Source: a virus
Lineage: Duplodnaviria > Caudoviricetes
Length of the DNA stretch: 64,000 nt
Direction: 5' to 3' (one strand)
IMG/VR virus record: IMGVR_UViG_3300033121_001507
Span: 4,038 to 68,037 of that record
Made by a program: the position numbers and the translations under genes. The notes beneath the pieces were generated by a model. That model saw nothing but the letters and a program-made list of their open reading frames with translations. It did no database searches and was not told the origin of the DNA. How positions within the stretch are numbered: position 1 is the first letter of the stretch; each line of letters opens with the position of its first letter. Of this stretch, positions 18,206 to 27,662 are shown piece by piece.

Positions 18206-19986
18206 ACCTACTGGATTTAGCTGAAGCTCCGGATCGCGCAAATATCTCTTGGAGGCCACAACCCCTAGAGCCTATTCCGTCAGGTGTAAAGACGATCTAC
18301 CTTGACACGGAAACGACAGGCTTAAAGTGGAGTCAAGGGCATAGGCCGATTGGAGCGTCCTTATACTGGCGTGGAATGCAAGGTCGTTACATACCTTGGG
18401 GACATCGAGCAGGTGGCAATCTCCCCGAGGAGCAAGTCAAGAGATGGATGCAGCAGGAACTTCGTGGAAAGAGAATCGTTAACATCAACACACGATTCGA
18501 TATCCACATGCTTAGAGAATGGGGAGTCGATCTTCGTAAGCAGAACAACACTGTTCACGACGTGGCGCACTACGCAGCGTTGCTGGACGATTCTCGTAAG
18601 CGGTTTTCCCTTGAGATACTTGGGCAAGACTACCTCGGGATGGGGAAGATCAAGGGGCTTGACAAGACCCGAATGGCTCTTTATCATGCTTCCGAGGTAA
18701 GTGACTATGCTGTAAGGGATGTCACCCTTGTAGCAGACCTCGACGATTTGTTTCGCAAGAAGATGATCGCTGAAGACCTTGAGAGAGTTGCTGCTCTCGA
18801 GGACAAGCTGATCTATACTGTGTGTTCGATGGAAGCCCGTGGTGCGTTGCTCGACTTGGAGCTCCTCGATCGTTGGATTCGCGAAACAGAAGTTATCGTC
18901 AATTCATCGATTAGGACTGTATCTCAGGAATGGGGCTTTCAATTCAGCCCAACTAAGACGCAGGATTGGGTGAGGGTGTTTAGGAAGTACAACCTCCCAA
19001 TCATCAACTTCACGGATAAAGGGGAACCAAGCTTCACCGACGATGTTCTAAAGAAGCATAAGGACAATCCCTTCATTGAACTAGCACGTAAGGCAAAGAA
19101 ACTGATGAGCCTTCGCTCTAAGTTTCTATTGGCTTATCGTAATGCCGTGGAAGAGGGAGGAATCCTTCGCTACTCTTTGAACCAGTTACGAGCAGATGAT
19201 AAAGGCACCGTAAGTGGCAGATTCTCAGCCACGGATGAAAACATCCAACAAGTAGCTGCTCCTAAGAAGCAGAAGGCAGCTTTGGACATGGATGATTTCA
19301 TCATTCGAAAGCTGTTCATTGCCCCAAAGAGAAGGCTGTTCTTCTGCTCAGACGCGATGCAGATTGAGTATCGGCTGTTTGCTGATTATGCTCGTAACAA
19401 GCGAGTATTGGCTGCTTACGCCGAGAATCCCCTAATGAGTTTTCATGTCATTGTGCATGATGACCTCAAGACATATCTTCCTGAATTACCTTACAGCCGA
19501 GCAAAGGATTGCAACTTTGCGAAGCTCTATGGTGCTGGAAAAGACAAGCTCGCTGCGATGCTTGCACTACCCTTAGAAGAAGCAGAGAAGGTTCTACAGA
19601 TCTATGACACGCGGTTCCCCGAAGTCAAGATCATGCTCAGGAAGGCTTCTCAGCTTGCTAAGAACCGCGGGTATGTTCACACACTCCTCGGGAGGAGAGC
19701 ACGCTTCACTGGAGAACAAGGGGTCCATAAGGCATTGAATCGCGTGATTCAGGGAACCGCGGCGGATATCATGAAGACGAAGCTCATCGAACTTGATGAG
19801 ACCTCTCCTGAAACCGGATTGGAGCTTGCTTGGACGGTTCACGACGAGGCAGACGGGTATGTTCCCGACGAAGAATCGGCTCGTAAGGTAGCAGATGTTC
19901 TTAACCGACAGTCCTTTCCTAACTTGAAGGTTCCAATCCTTTGGGAAACCGGAACGGGCGCTAATTGGGCGGAGGCTAAAGACTAA
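18202..19986 (+). CDS. polA: family A DNA polymerase with 3'-5' exonuclease
   Basis: ExoI DTETTGL; GTVSGRFS; motif A DAMQIEYR; motif B RAKDCNFAKLYG; motif C VHDE. Confidence 0.93.
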   Translation: MNLLDLAEAPDRANISWRPQPLEPIPSGVKTIYLDTETTGLKWSQGHRPIGASLYWRGMQGRYIPWGHRAGGNLPEEQVKRWMQQELRGKRIVNINTRFDIHMLREWGVDLRKQNNTVHDVAHYAALLDDSRKRFSLEILGQDYLGMGKIKGLDKTRMALYHASEVSDYAVRDVTLVADLDDLFRKKMIAEDLERVAALEDKLIYTVCSMEARGALLDLELLDRWIRETEVIVNSSIRTVSQEWGFQFSPTKTQDWVRVFRKYNLPIINFTDKGEPSFTDDVLKKHKDNPFIELARKAKKLMSLRSKFLLAYRNAVEEGGILRYSLNQLRADDKGTVSGRFSATDENIQQVAAPKKQKAALDMDDFIIRKLFIAPKRRLFFCSDAMQIEYRLFADYARNKRVLAAYAENPLMSFHVIVHDDLKTYLPELPYSRAKDCNFAKLYGAGKDKLAAMLALPLEEAEKVLQIYDTRFPEVKIMLRKASQLAKNRGYVHTLLGRRARFTGEQGVHKALNRVIQGTAADIMKTKLIELDETSPETGLELAWTVHDEADGYVPDEESARKVADVLNRQSFPNLKVPILWETGTGANWAEAKD

Positions 19987-20642
19987 TGAAAAGCTACACA
20001 CTGGAAGAGCGGACTGAGTTCTATAAGAAAGCATTCCCCGACTGGCCTCCTCCTCGGGTGGATGGACGTTGGTTGAGTGACCAGTGGTTTTTCGGCGTGG
20101 ATGGCAACTTCTCCCATGCTGGGATGACTGGATTGTTCATCCTCGGGAATGACTATCGAACTAAGGCAAGGGATTCTTCGGGGAAGCCGTTCTACGGAGC
20201 GTATCCACCTAACTACGTGGAACGAGTCATGGCGCTCTATCCTGATGCGGAAGACGTTTTGCACTTGTTCTCTGGTGCTATGCCTTATAGTCCGTCTTAT
20301 GTTCGATTTGGCAACAAGATCGAACCACCTCTTGGTATCTCGGATTTCGAGGGGGATGCTCACGCACTAGATCAATTCTACGCCAATAATAGATTTGATC
20401 TGGTGATGGCTGACCCACCTTACAGCCCCGACGATGCTAAGAAGTATGACATGCCTTACCTGAATCATTCCACAGTATTGGCACAGATCCACAAGGTAAT
20501 GAGGATTGGAGGAACTCTCGTTTGGCTGGACACCAAATGGCCGATGCACTCGAAAGACCAGTGGCAGACTTACGGGTTCATCGGAATTGTCCGTAGCACG
20601 AATCATCGTTATCGTATTGCCACTTTCATGAGGAAAGTATGA
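19986..20642 (+). CDS. putative amino (N6-adenine/N4-cytosine) DNA methyltransferase
   Basis: SAM-binding LHLFSG followed by catalytic DPPY. Confidence 0.72.
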   Translation: MKSYTLEERTEFYKKAFPDWPPPRVDGRWLSDQWFFGVDGNFSHAGMTGLFILGNDYRTKARDSSGKPFYGAYPPNYVERVMALYPDAEDVLHLFSGAMPYSPSYVRFGNKIEPPLGISDFEGDAHALDQFYANNRFDLVMADPPYSPDDAKKYDMPYLNHSTVLAQIHKVMRIGGTLVWLDTKWPMHSKDQWQTYGFIGIVRSTNHRYRIATFMRKV

Positions 20643-20899
20643 ACAATCCAATGCAGGAAGCCAGCAATCTTACTAAACTCGACCTCGAGAGAGAGGTAAT
20701 CTCTAAGGATCTCAAGAGGATTCGAGTTCAAATCATTTCCCCTGCAACATCTGTAGGAAAGCATTCCCCTTGTTTGGATGGAAGGGTGTATGCTTCCAAC
20801 GGCGAGGGACAACTCATCAACGTGGGTAAAGTAGTTCGAGGGAAGAAGGCTGTAAAGCAGTATAAGAAACTGAGGAGGTTGGCTCGTGGCACTAAATGA
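20639..20899 (+). CDS. basic hypothetical protein
   Basis: ATGA overlap. Confidence 0.55.
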   Translation: MNNPMQEASNLTKLDLEREVISKDLKRIRVQIISPATSVGKHSPCLDGRVYASNGEGQLINVGKVVRGKKAVKQYKKLRRLARGTK

Positions 20900-21293
20900 A
20901 ACCATTGTCAAGTCTCGTCTCATGGAACGCTTTCACTCCATGGCGGGAATTACAGCACAGCGGCATGAGGATAAACTCAGTTCAGGAGTTCCTGACATCT
21001 CCATTTCTCATCTTCAGAGAACCCTGTGGATTGAAGTGAAACTGGATAAAGGCAAAGGGTATGTGGAACGAGACGTTCAGGTAGCACATATTCTTCGTCT
21101 TGAACAGACAGGAATGGCTGTATATGCAATCTTCGACGCTGTAAAGAACACCATCACGGTTATCATGCCGTCAGCTAAACGTGATGGAAAACCCGGCATC
21201 ACCCTTCCGTGGGATTACTCACGAGCAGCCTTCTTGCTAGTGAAGATCATCTACGACACAGTTAAGGGAGGCATGTATGCCTATCCGCTCTGA
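20886..21293 (+). CDS. PD-(D/E)xK nuclease (VRR-NUC/Holliday junction resolvase-like)
   Basis: NE, GVPDI, WIEVK motifs. Confidence 0.8.
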   Translation: MALNETIVKSRLMERFHSMAGITAQRHEDKLSSGVPDISISHLQRTLWIEVKLDKGKGYVERDVQVAHILRLEQTGMAVYAIFDAVKNTITVIMPSAKRDGKPGITLPWDYSRAAFLLVKIIYDTVKGGMYAYPL

Positions 21294-21693
21294 TAGAAGT
21301 ATTCATGTTGGATTTCACACGACACCCGGTGTCGCCGAAGCCTTGTTTCATGAAGCGAAGAAGCAAGGGCTGTCGAAGTCCAATCTAATCCATCAAATCC
21401 TCGAGGATGAACTCATCTCTCGCCGAGGATATACCGTAGTCCCCTTCATCGATCCGCGCCTCGTTCCACTTCCGTTTGATCAGGAGAATGACAATGCCAA
21501 AGCTTGCGAAAGTTTCTCGGACCCTTCGTCGGAAGATCATCGAGAGAGCAATGAATCAGTGGGAGAAACGGTGTCAGGAGAAGGGGGATCAGATCTATCA
21601 TTCTCGTCACGAGGGGATCGGAGTGCTGGAGGAGGAGCTACTGGAGTTGAAGGAAGCGATCCGGAAGAAGGGGACGGAGGAGATGGAAGCTGA
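21277..21693 (+). CDS. ribbon-helix-helix-like DNA-binding protein; the C-terminal half overlaps the next gene
   Basis: IHVGFHTTPGVAEALFHEAKKQGLSKSNLIHQILED. Confidence 0.55.
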   Translation: MPIRSDRSIHVGFHTTPGVAEALFHEAKKQGLSKSNLIHQILEDELISRRGYTVVPFIDPRLVPLPFDQENDNAKACESFSDPSSEDHRESNESVGETVSGEGGSDLSFSSRGDRSAGGGATGVEGSDPEEGDGGDGS

Positions 21694-21763
21694 GGCGATG
21701 GATTGTATCGTTCCGTTGCTTCACCTGCTGGCCTCTATTGATACTGGAGGTATGAAGTGGTGA
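21488..21763 (+). CDS. MazG-like all-alpha NTP pyrophosphohydrolase
   Basis: SRHEGIGVLEEELLELKEAI...EAMD acidic motif; AGGAG RBS. Confidence 0.7.
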   Translation: MTMPKLAKVSRTLRRKIIERAMNQWEKRCQEKGDQIYHSRHEGIGVLEEELLELKEAIRKKGTEEMEAEAMDCIVPLLHLLASIDTGGMKW

Positions 21764-22374
21764 TCCCATTGAGGGGTGGACTTGCAATTTTCGACATGGA
21801 TGGGGTTATTGTGGATAGTATGCCCATTCTGACAGAAAACGCAATCAGCCTCATTCAAGCATACTTCGAGGTAGACTACAAACAAGCGGAAAAGGCGTAT
21901 CTGTCCTCGGTTGGCAGACCATTCTCTTTCCAGCTTAAAGAAGCCTTTCCAGGACACCCCAACCTGGAGAGAGCTATCGATAGCTATGAAACCTTGCATG
22001 AGCAAAGGGCTCATTCATTTCCAGTAGGCCGCAATACCCAATACTTGCTGGAAATTCTTAAGAGGCAGCACTACAAAACTGCCCTTGTGAGTAGCACCCG
22101 CCGTGAATTGATTCAGCGGCACATGCCACAGGTGATGGCACTCCCCTTCGACTTCATTGAAGGACAGAAGGATGGGTTTAACAAGAGGGATCAGGTGGAG
22201 TATGTAATCGCAGAGGCAGCTATCCCAGAATCTCTAGTGTGGATGTTTGGGGATACTCACCACGACGAACGGGTTGCTTTCTTTGCTGGAATCAACTTTA
22301 GAATGATCTCTCATCCAACATCCCTTTACCTGGAGGTATCAAGTGCCCTTGAACTCGACTTCTACGATAAATGA
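21757..22374 (+). CDS. HAD-family phosphatase
   Basis: FDMDGVIVDS, VSS, K, GDTHHD. Confidence 0.88.
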   Translation: MVIPLRGGLAIFDMDGVIVDSMPILTENAISLIQAYFEVDYKQAEKAYLSSVGRPFSFQLKEAFPGHPNLERAIDSYETLHEQRAHSFPVGRNTQYLLEILKRQHYKTALVSSTRRELIQRHMPQVMALPFDFIEGQKDGFNKRDQVEYVIAEAAIPESLVWMFGDTHHDERVAFFAGINFRMISHPTSLYLEVSSALELDFYDK

Positions 22375-23332
22375 AGCTAATCTGGATTTGTTCCATCAGT
22401 TCTGCCTTGCAGAGACTTCAACTGGTGGACCAGATCCTCAAATGGCAACGATCACCCAAATTGCTAAGGATAGCACTCCTGTTGAACAGGTTTGGTTGGC
22501 AGGTTGCTATGGGGCACATCACTGTATTCCATCTGCTGTTGCAGTATGGAATCGGTTTCGTCCTGAACAAATACTCAGTTCCAAGGGTCACAAGGAGCTG
22601 TGTGATTGGCTTCATTACTACTGGAAAGCTCTGCCAGTACGCCCTGAGATGAGGTCACATCGAATGATTGAGAAGCGTGCGGAATGCTTGAGTGATTTCG
22701 CACTGTACTCCTATAAAGAAATTTGGAAGCGAGGTAACACCTACCAGCAAGTCTGGGAAACTTCGATTGATAGTGTGGCTTACTATAATCGCTACATGGC
22801 AATCAAGTTTCTTGAGATGCTGAGACAGTCAGTGAGGCCTGACATTGTTCTTAAGGATCTGAGATCCAAGGGCGCGTGGTCTCCTCGGCGCACGATTGCT
22901 ATGATCTTCACAGATCATGCCAATGTGCTGTGTGACAAGGAAGACAATCGCAAGGAGACTCTTGCCCTCACAGAACGCCTTGGTGAAGAACTCTTGTGGT
23001 TGCTTGGAGATCGTGGTCTTCACATCTCTCACTTTCAGCTTCAGGTGATGCTTTGTGAATTCCGCGAGGCCACCGTCGGAGGTTACTATCCTGGTGCATC
23101 TCTCGATGAAGAGCTCGGCTATCTCACCATCATGGCAGACAACTTGAATGAACTGAGCTATAAGGATGAATGGCTCTTTAGTGAGGTAGCCACAAAAATC
23201 TACAATGCTCGGCAGGATCTGTTTCCCCATCAATATCTTGGAGAAATCAAAGGATGGATGGGGTTGCGTAAGGAATGCTTCCGCGAATTCAAAGGAGTAG
23301 CATCATGGCAAGACTTTCTGAAAACCGTGTAG
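22343..23332 (+). CDS. putative amino acid:DNA transferase (aGPT-Pplase2/ADDT-like)
   Basis: RPEMRSHR, HhH-like RYMAIKFLEML, MLCEFR...GGYYPG; context in the hmdU cluster; clade uncertain. Confidence 0.65.
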   Translation: MPLNSTSTINEANLDLFHQFCLAETSTGGPDPQMATITQIAKDSTPVEQVWLAGCYGAHHCIPSAVAVWNRFRPEQILSSKGHKELCDWLHYYWKALPVRPEMRSHRMIEKRAECLSDFALYSYKEIWKRGNTYQQVWETSIDSVAYYNRYMAIKFLEMLRQSVRPDIVLKDLRSKGAWSPRRTIAMIFTDHANVLCDKEDNRKETLALTERLGEELLWLLGDRGLHISHFQLQVMLCEFREATVGGYYPGASLDEELGYLTIMADNLNELSYKDEWLFSEVATKIYNARQDLFPHQYLGEIKGWMGLRKECFREFKGVASWQDFLKTV

Positions 23333-24093
23333 ATGATGTGGTTCGTAGGCAGGTGGTTCTGACCATCCCTACCAAAAGGAAACCTCCAGTATTGTCACTG
23401 GAGAGCTATGCTATCCCCGATGGATTGAGTTGTTTGATTATTGCTGATCCCTCCGTTCTTGAGGAGCATGTAACCTATTACAAAGATCAGCAGAGCATTC
23501 GAGTGGTATTGGGGGAAGTTGGGATGGCGGCACAGTGCGCCATGTGCTACATCTGGGCGGACTACTTCAACTTCCCTTACTACTTCCGCATTGATGATGA
23601 CCTCGCTCCAAAGACCTTTGTTCACAAAGAGGGATACTATCCCAACCTTGCTGAAGTCATCACCGAGGCTGAATCTTGTGCCCACGAGTGTAAGGTGTCG
23701 ATGGTTGGCTTTGCGAATACAAGCAACCGATTTTGGCTGAATGAAGGGTTCGGCAGAACCTGGGGTCTTGTCCACGGAGGAGGATTCCTCTGCATGAGTT
23801 CTCCGGATCCCTCGGAGTTTATCGACACAACTCTTGTGAGGGGAACAGATGTCTACATGACCTGTGCTCACCGTAAGAGGGATGGGGCTGTTGGTCGTGT
23901 TCGGTTCATCGGATTCGACAAGAAAAGTTCAACTGTTACGGCAGGGCAGACATCAATCAACGTGACTCAAGAACAGATTGATGCTTCCCGTGATAAGATT
24001 CTGGAGAAATTCCCAGGAATGGTCACGTGCAACGGGACTCGTAAGATCAACGGTGGTAAACACACAATCGCAAACTGGAGGATGAAGCGATGA
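23305..24093 (+). CDS. GT-A glycosyltransferase, TET/JBP-associated (TAGT/GREB1-like) type
   Basis: LTIPTKR, YFRIDDDL, GTDVYMTC; AAGGAG RBS. Confidence 0.68.
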   Translation: MARLSENRVDDVVRRQVVLTIPTKRKPPVLSLESYAIPDGLSCLIIADPSVLEEHVTYYKDQQSIRVVLGEVGMAAQCAMCYIWADYFNFPYYFRIDDDLAPKTFVHKEGYYPNLAEVITEAESCAHECKVSMVGFANTSNRFWLNEGFGRTWGLVHGGGFLCMSSPDPSEFIDTTLVRGTDVYMTCAHRKRDGAVGRVRFIGFDKKSSTVTAGQTSINVTQEQIDASRDKILEKFPGMVTCNGTRKINGGKHTIANWRMKR

Positions 24094-24689
24094 CTCCTTA
24101 TATGCTTACACACTCAGGGCGTAAGTTGGATTTGATAGATCCCGACTTGGCAGATATCCACATCAACGATATTGCTCATGGTCTTTCTCAGGTGAATCGT
24201 TTTTGTGGACAGACGGAAGAGCCAATCTCCGTGGCGCAACACTCAGTTCTCGTTGCTCGCTTGTGTGAACCATGTGGGCATAAGATCATTCTTCAAGCAC
24301 TTCTTCATGATGCGTCGGAGGCATACCTTGGGGATGTAACGAAATGGTTGAAAGAGGATCCTATCATGCGAGAATATCGTATCGCAGAACGGATCCTTCA
24401 AGGAGTGATCTACGATAAATTCAAGATAGATCCAGTTCTCGCGCGAGAAGTGAAAGAAGCTGATAAGTTGGCAGTTCGTTACGAAGCCGAACTGGGATAT
24501 AAAGACAAGTGGATGCCTCCGGAAGGATATCCTCTGTTGTCCAGAGAGGAAAAACTTCGTATTCGTGAAGTAGTAGGACTTCCCGAGTTCTGGAGTCCGC
24601 ACCGGTCTAAAGCTACTTTCCTGCAATACTGGGAAAAAGTTACAAACTACCCGGATTTGTTCCCTGACAGGCGTGGCTTTACAAACTAA
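24090..24689 (+). CDS. HD-domain 5'-deoxynucleotidase (YfbR/DatZ-like)
   Basis: IAHGLS..NRFCG, SVAQHS, LLHDASEAYLGD, EAD. Confidence 0.88.
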   Translation: MTPYMLTHSGRKLDLIDPDLADIHINDIAHGLSQVNRFCGQTEEPISVAQHSVLVARLCEPCGHKIILQALLHDASEAYLGDVTKWLKEDPIMREYRIAERILQGVIYDKFKIDPVLAREVKEADKLAVRYEAELGYKDKWMPPEGYPLLSREEKLRIREVVGLPEFWSPHRSKATFLQYWEKVTNYPDLFPDRRGFTN

Positions 24690-24706
24690 CCCGGTTGTGC
24701 TATACT
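24678..24706 (+). promoter_or_regulatory. sigma70-like promoter for the kinase-AADT-hydroxymethylase unit
   Basis: TTTACA-N17-TATACT with a TG extension. Confidence 0.78.
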
Positions 24707-24722
24707 GTATGTAGGGGGATCA

Positions 24723-25745
24723 ATGACAGCATCACGTCCAGCAGCGGTGAACATCCGAGGAACCAGTGGATCGGGAAAAAGCTATGCGATCCACCAGTTG
24801 ATCAAACTCTACCCTACAGTGGAAAAGGTTAACGTAAAGTGGAGGGATCAGCCAATCGGCTATCTGTGTTCCGCTCCAACTCTGCGACCTCTTTACATTG
24901 TTGGGCACTACGAAACAACCTGTGGAGGTTGTGACACTCTTGACTCAATCGATCAGGCTTACAAATATATCAATCAGCACATCGATGAGGGGCACCATGT
25001 TGTCTACGAGGGACTCGTGGTGCAAAGTGATGTCAATCGGTGCATTGAGCTTGGTAAGAAAGCTGATCGATCAGTAGTGTTCCTGTCAACACCAATCAGC
25101 ATTTGCTTGAATGATGTTGCCACCAGGAGAGATGAAAAGGGAAAAACATCCGTGTTCAACCCAAGGAACACGGTTATTAAGCATCAGTCATTCCCTCCTC
25201 AGAAAAGGAAGTTTGAGCGAGAGAAGGTTCCTTTCTACGAGTATGACCGGCAGCAAACCCTCCAATACTTGAAATTGAGTTTTGGTTTGGATTATAACCC
25301 GGTTCCTCCGGCTTATGTCTATCCGGAACTTACTGATTACTTCCATAATCAGATCATTCCTGTTTGGGTCAAGGCACTGATTGAAGTGGCCGCAGAAGGT
25401 TCACTCCAGGAAAGAGAAGTTCTGGCCATGAGGTTTAAGAGCACTATCAAGGATGTGCTTAAACAGCCCCACGACTTTAGCCTTGGTATTCTTCGCCAAC
25501 TCTACGAGAAGTATCCTGTCTATCAGGATAATCGCACAGTGATTGGATATACCCCAACGAACCTGCCCGGCCTTATGGGTGGAATCCGGGATGCTGCATG
25601 GCAGAAACGCCGCGAAGCTATGCGCGAAGGATACATCCAGAACACCGTACGAGCAGCCCGTGTCATGTGGGCGGATTGGGCCTACAGCAAAGCAATTGAT
25701 GCTGAAATCCACAACATCCTCAACATCATTGACGGAGCACTCTGA
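24723..25745 (+). CDS. P-loop 5-hmdU DNA kinase-like protein with a C-terminal domain of unknown function
   Basis: NIRGTSGSGKS, QPIGY, VGHYETTCGGCDT, VYEGL. Confidence 0.78.
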   Translation: MTASRPAAVNIRGTSGSGKSYAIHQLIKLYPTVEKVNVKWRDQPIGYLCSAPTLRPLYIVGHYETTCGGCDTLDSIDQAYKYINQHIDEGHHVVYEGLVVQSDVNRCIELGKKADRSVVFLSTPISICLNDVATRRDEKGKTSVFNPRNTVIKHQSFPPQKRKFEREKVPFYEYDRQQTLQYLKLSFGLDYNPVPPAYVYPELTDYFHNQIIPVWVKALIEVAAEGSLQEREVLAMRFKSTIKDVLKQPHDFSLGILRQLYEKYPVYQDNRTVIGYTPTNLPGLMGGIRDAAWQKRREAMREGYIQNTVRAARVMWADWAYSKAIDAEIHNILNIIDGAL

Positions 25746-26647
25746 TGCAGAACCTTGCTCACTACTTCAGCACAGCACAAGAGCGGTATAAGATCAAGTT
25801 GCGCCGCTTTGAAGATAAGAATCCTCCTCCATGGACGAGTGATCCTGTCTTCAAGGAATGGAGTTTCTGCAACGTGTTCCGCGAAGACGACGTCACCACG
25901 AAGTGGTTTCGGGAGAATATCCGGGATCATACAAAAGGGCTTCATGCAATTCGGGCGACAGTTACCTTCCGCTGGTTCAATCGTATCTCCACTGGAGAGA
26001 TTCTTAAGGATATCATCCTCGAGGATCGTTGGGATGCACAGGAAGTCCTTCGACGTTTGAAGGCTTTGCCACCTGATCAGCCAGTCTTCACGGGTGCTTA
26101 CATGATCAAGTCCTTCAACGGAAAACCCAAGACTGAAAGCATCATTCAGAACGTGGATGATGCCCTGAGGATGCTTCCCGAGCTCACCAAATCGTGGGGA
26201 CGATCACTTGAAGAAGCCACGATGGATCTCACCACTATCCCCTTTTTGGGGCCGTTCATGGGCTACGAGGTAGTTACTGACCTTCGTCACACTGATGTTC
26301 TTTGTAATGCTCAGGATATCATGACATGGGCGAACACTGGTCCTGGGTGCAAGCATGGCCTCGGGAGAATTTTCAACGGAAATCCCCGTGCGTTCACTGA
26401 TCCAGGAGCCCTGTCGGCAAACGCTCGTGCCTTCAAGATGCTCATGATGATGCGTGACATCGTGGACGCAAGTAGAGATGAATCCTACTGGCCGCTTGAT
26501 TATCCCAAGTGGGAAATGCGTGAGGCGGAACACTGGGCTTGTGAATACGACAAGTATTGTCGTGGAGCTAGCGGCGAGAAGCTGAAAAGGCGTTTCGTCC
26601 CACAGTCGAAAGAGGACATCTACGAGGTGAATAATGCACGTCATTAA
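25745..26647 (+). CDS. amino acid:DNA transferase, aGPT-Pplase1-like
   Basis: WTSDPVF, FCNVFREDD, FRWFN, GAYMI, MGYEVVTDL, GPG, EHWACEYDKY. Confidence 0.85.
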   Translation: MQNLAHYFSTAQERYKIKLRRFEDKNPPPWTSDPVFKEWSFCNVFREDDVTTKWFRENIRDHTKGLHAIRATVTFRWFNRISTGEILKDIILEDRWDAQEVLRRLKALPPDQPVFTGAYMIKSFNGKPKTESIIQNVDDALRMLPELTKSWGRSLEEATMDLTTIPFLGPFMGYEVVTDLRHTDVLCNAQDIMTWANTGPGCKHGLGRIFNGNPRAFTDPGALSANARAFKMLMMMRDIVDASRDESYWPLDYPKWEMREAEHWACEYDKYCRGASGEKLKRRFVPQSKEDIYEVNNARH

Positions 26648-27662
26648 GGTAAGAAATCCCCATGAAGGGCTTTACTGTGGTCTGAGTTACCTCAAAGACC
26701 ATGGAGTTACAAGGGGTTCCCGCAACGGAACTGTTCTTGTAAGTCCTGTTCCGGTGACAACTGTGTACGAATTCCCTGATGAGAGGATGGTGTTCTGGCC
26801 ATTACGGGACGCTAACCCATTCTTGCACATCTATGAAGCCCTGTGGATGCTTGCAGGTCGTGAGGACATTCAGTTCCTTAAGTCCTATGCCAAGAACATC
26901 GCCAACTACAGTGACAACGGCGTGACTTTGCATGGAGCCTATGGATATCGGTGGAGAACCCACTTTGGATTCGATCAGCTCTCTGTAATTGTTGATCGTC
27001 TGTCCAAGGATCCAACAGATCGTCGATGTGTTCTTCAGATGTGGAGTGCAACTGATGATCTTGGAAAGGAAGGCAAGGACTTTCCATGCAACACGATGGC
27101 AACCTTCCAGGTTGACACAGAAGGTCGATTGAATCTGACAGTGTTCTGTCGATCTAATGATATCATCTGGGGAACCTATGGCGCGAACGCTGTTCATTTC
27201 AGTGTTCTGTTGAGCTACATGGCCTGTTTGTTGGGAATTCCGGTAGGCACGTATACGCAAGTGAGTGTAAACTATCATGCGTATTTTGATGTCTACGAGA
27301 AAACAGTTCCCTTGCTTGATGAAAAGGTCACACAACCTTATCGCAAAGATGTATTCCCAACGAAGTTTCCCACATGCTCCACGGAGTTTAACACAAGGCT
27401 GCAAGATCTCCTAACCACTGTTGATCTTGGGTTCCTTCCGAGCTTTACCCGTTATACCCCCGACGGGACAAACCCTTTCCTTGACTGTGCTTATCACATC
27501 TTGAGGGCTTACAATATCTCAAGATACAAAGGAGCTGACGGTAAACTTCAGTATGAAGATGCTATTGGCTATCTTTCCATTTACGCAGACTACTCTAACG
27601 ACATGGTGACTGCTGCCCGTGAATGGTTGGAGCGTAGAAGGATCAAGGCAAATGGAGATTAA
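26634..27662 (+). CDS. dUMP hydroxymethylase (thymidylate synthase superfamily)
   Basis: DFPCN catalytic Cys; RSNDIIWGTYGAN with the dUMP-type Asn; NYHAY; hypermodification context. Confidence 0.82.
   Translation: MHVIKVRNPHEGLYCGLSYLKDHGVTRGSRNGTVLVSPVPVTTVYEFPDERMVFWPLRDANPFLHIYEALWMLAGREDIQFLKSYAKNIANYSDNGVTLHGAYGYRWRTHFGFDQLSVIVDRLSKDPTDRRCVLQMWSATDDLGKEGKDFPCNTMATFQVDTEGRLNLTVFCRSNDIIWGTYGANAVHFSVLLSYMACLLGIPVGTYTQVSVNYHAYFDVYEKTVPLLDEKVTQPYRKDVFPTKFPTCSTEFNTRLQDLLTTVDLGFLPSFTRYTPDGTNPFLDCAYHILRAYNISRYKGADGKLQYEDAIGYLSIYADYSNDMVTAAREWLERRRIKANGD

Noticed and set aside
21488-21693. Overprinted S/G/E-rich tail of the RHH-like gene as a functional domain
   Set aside because: It overlaps the better-supported MazG-like frame and is probably a run-on
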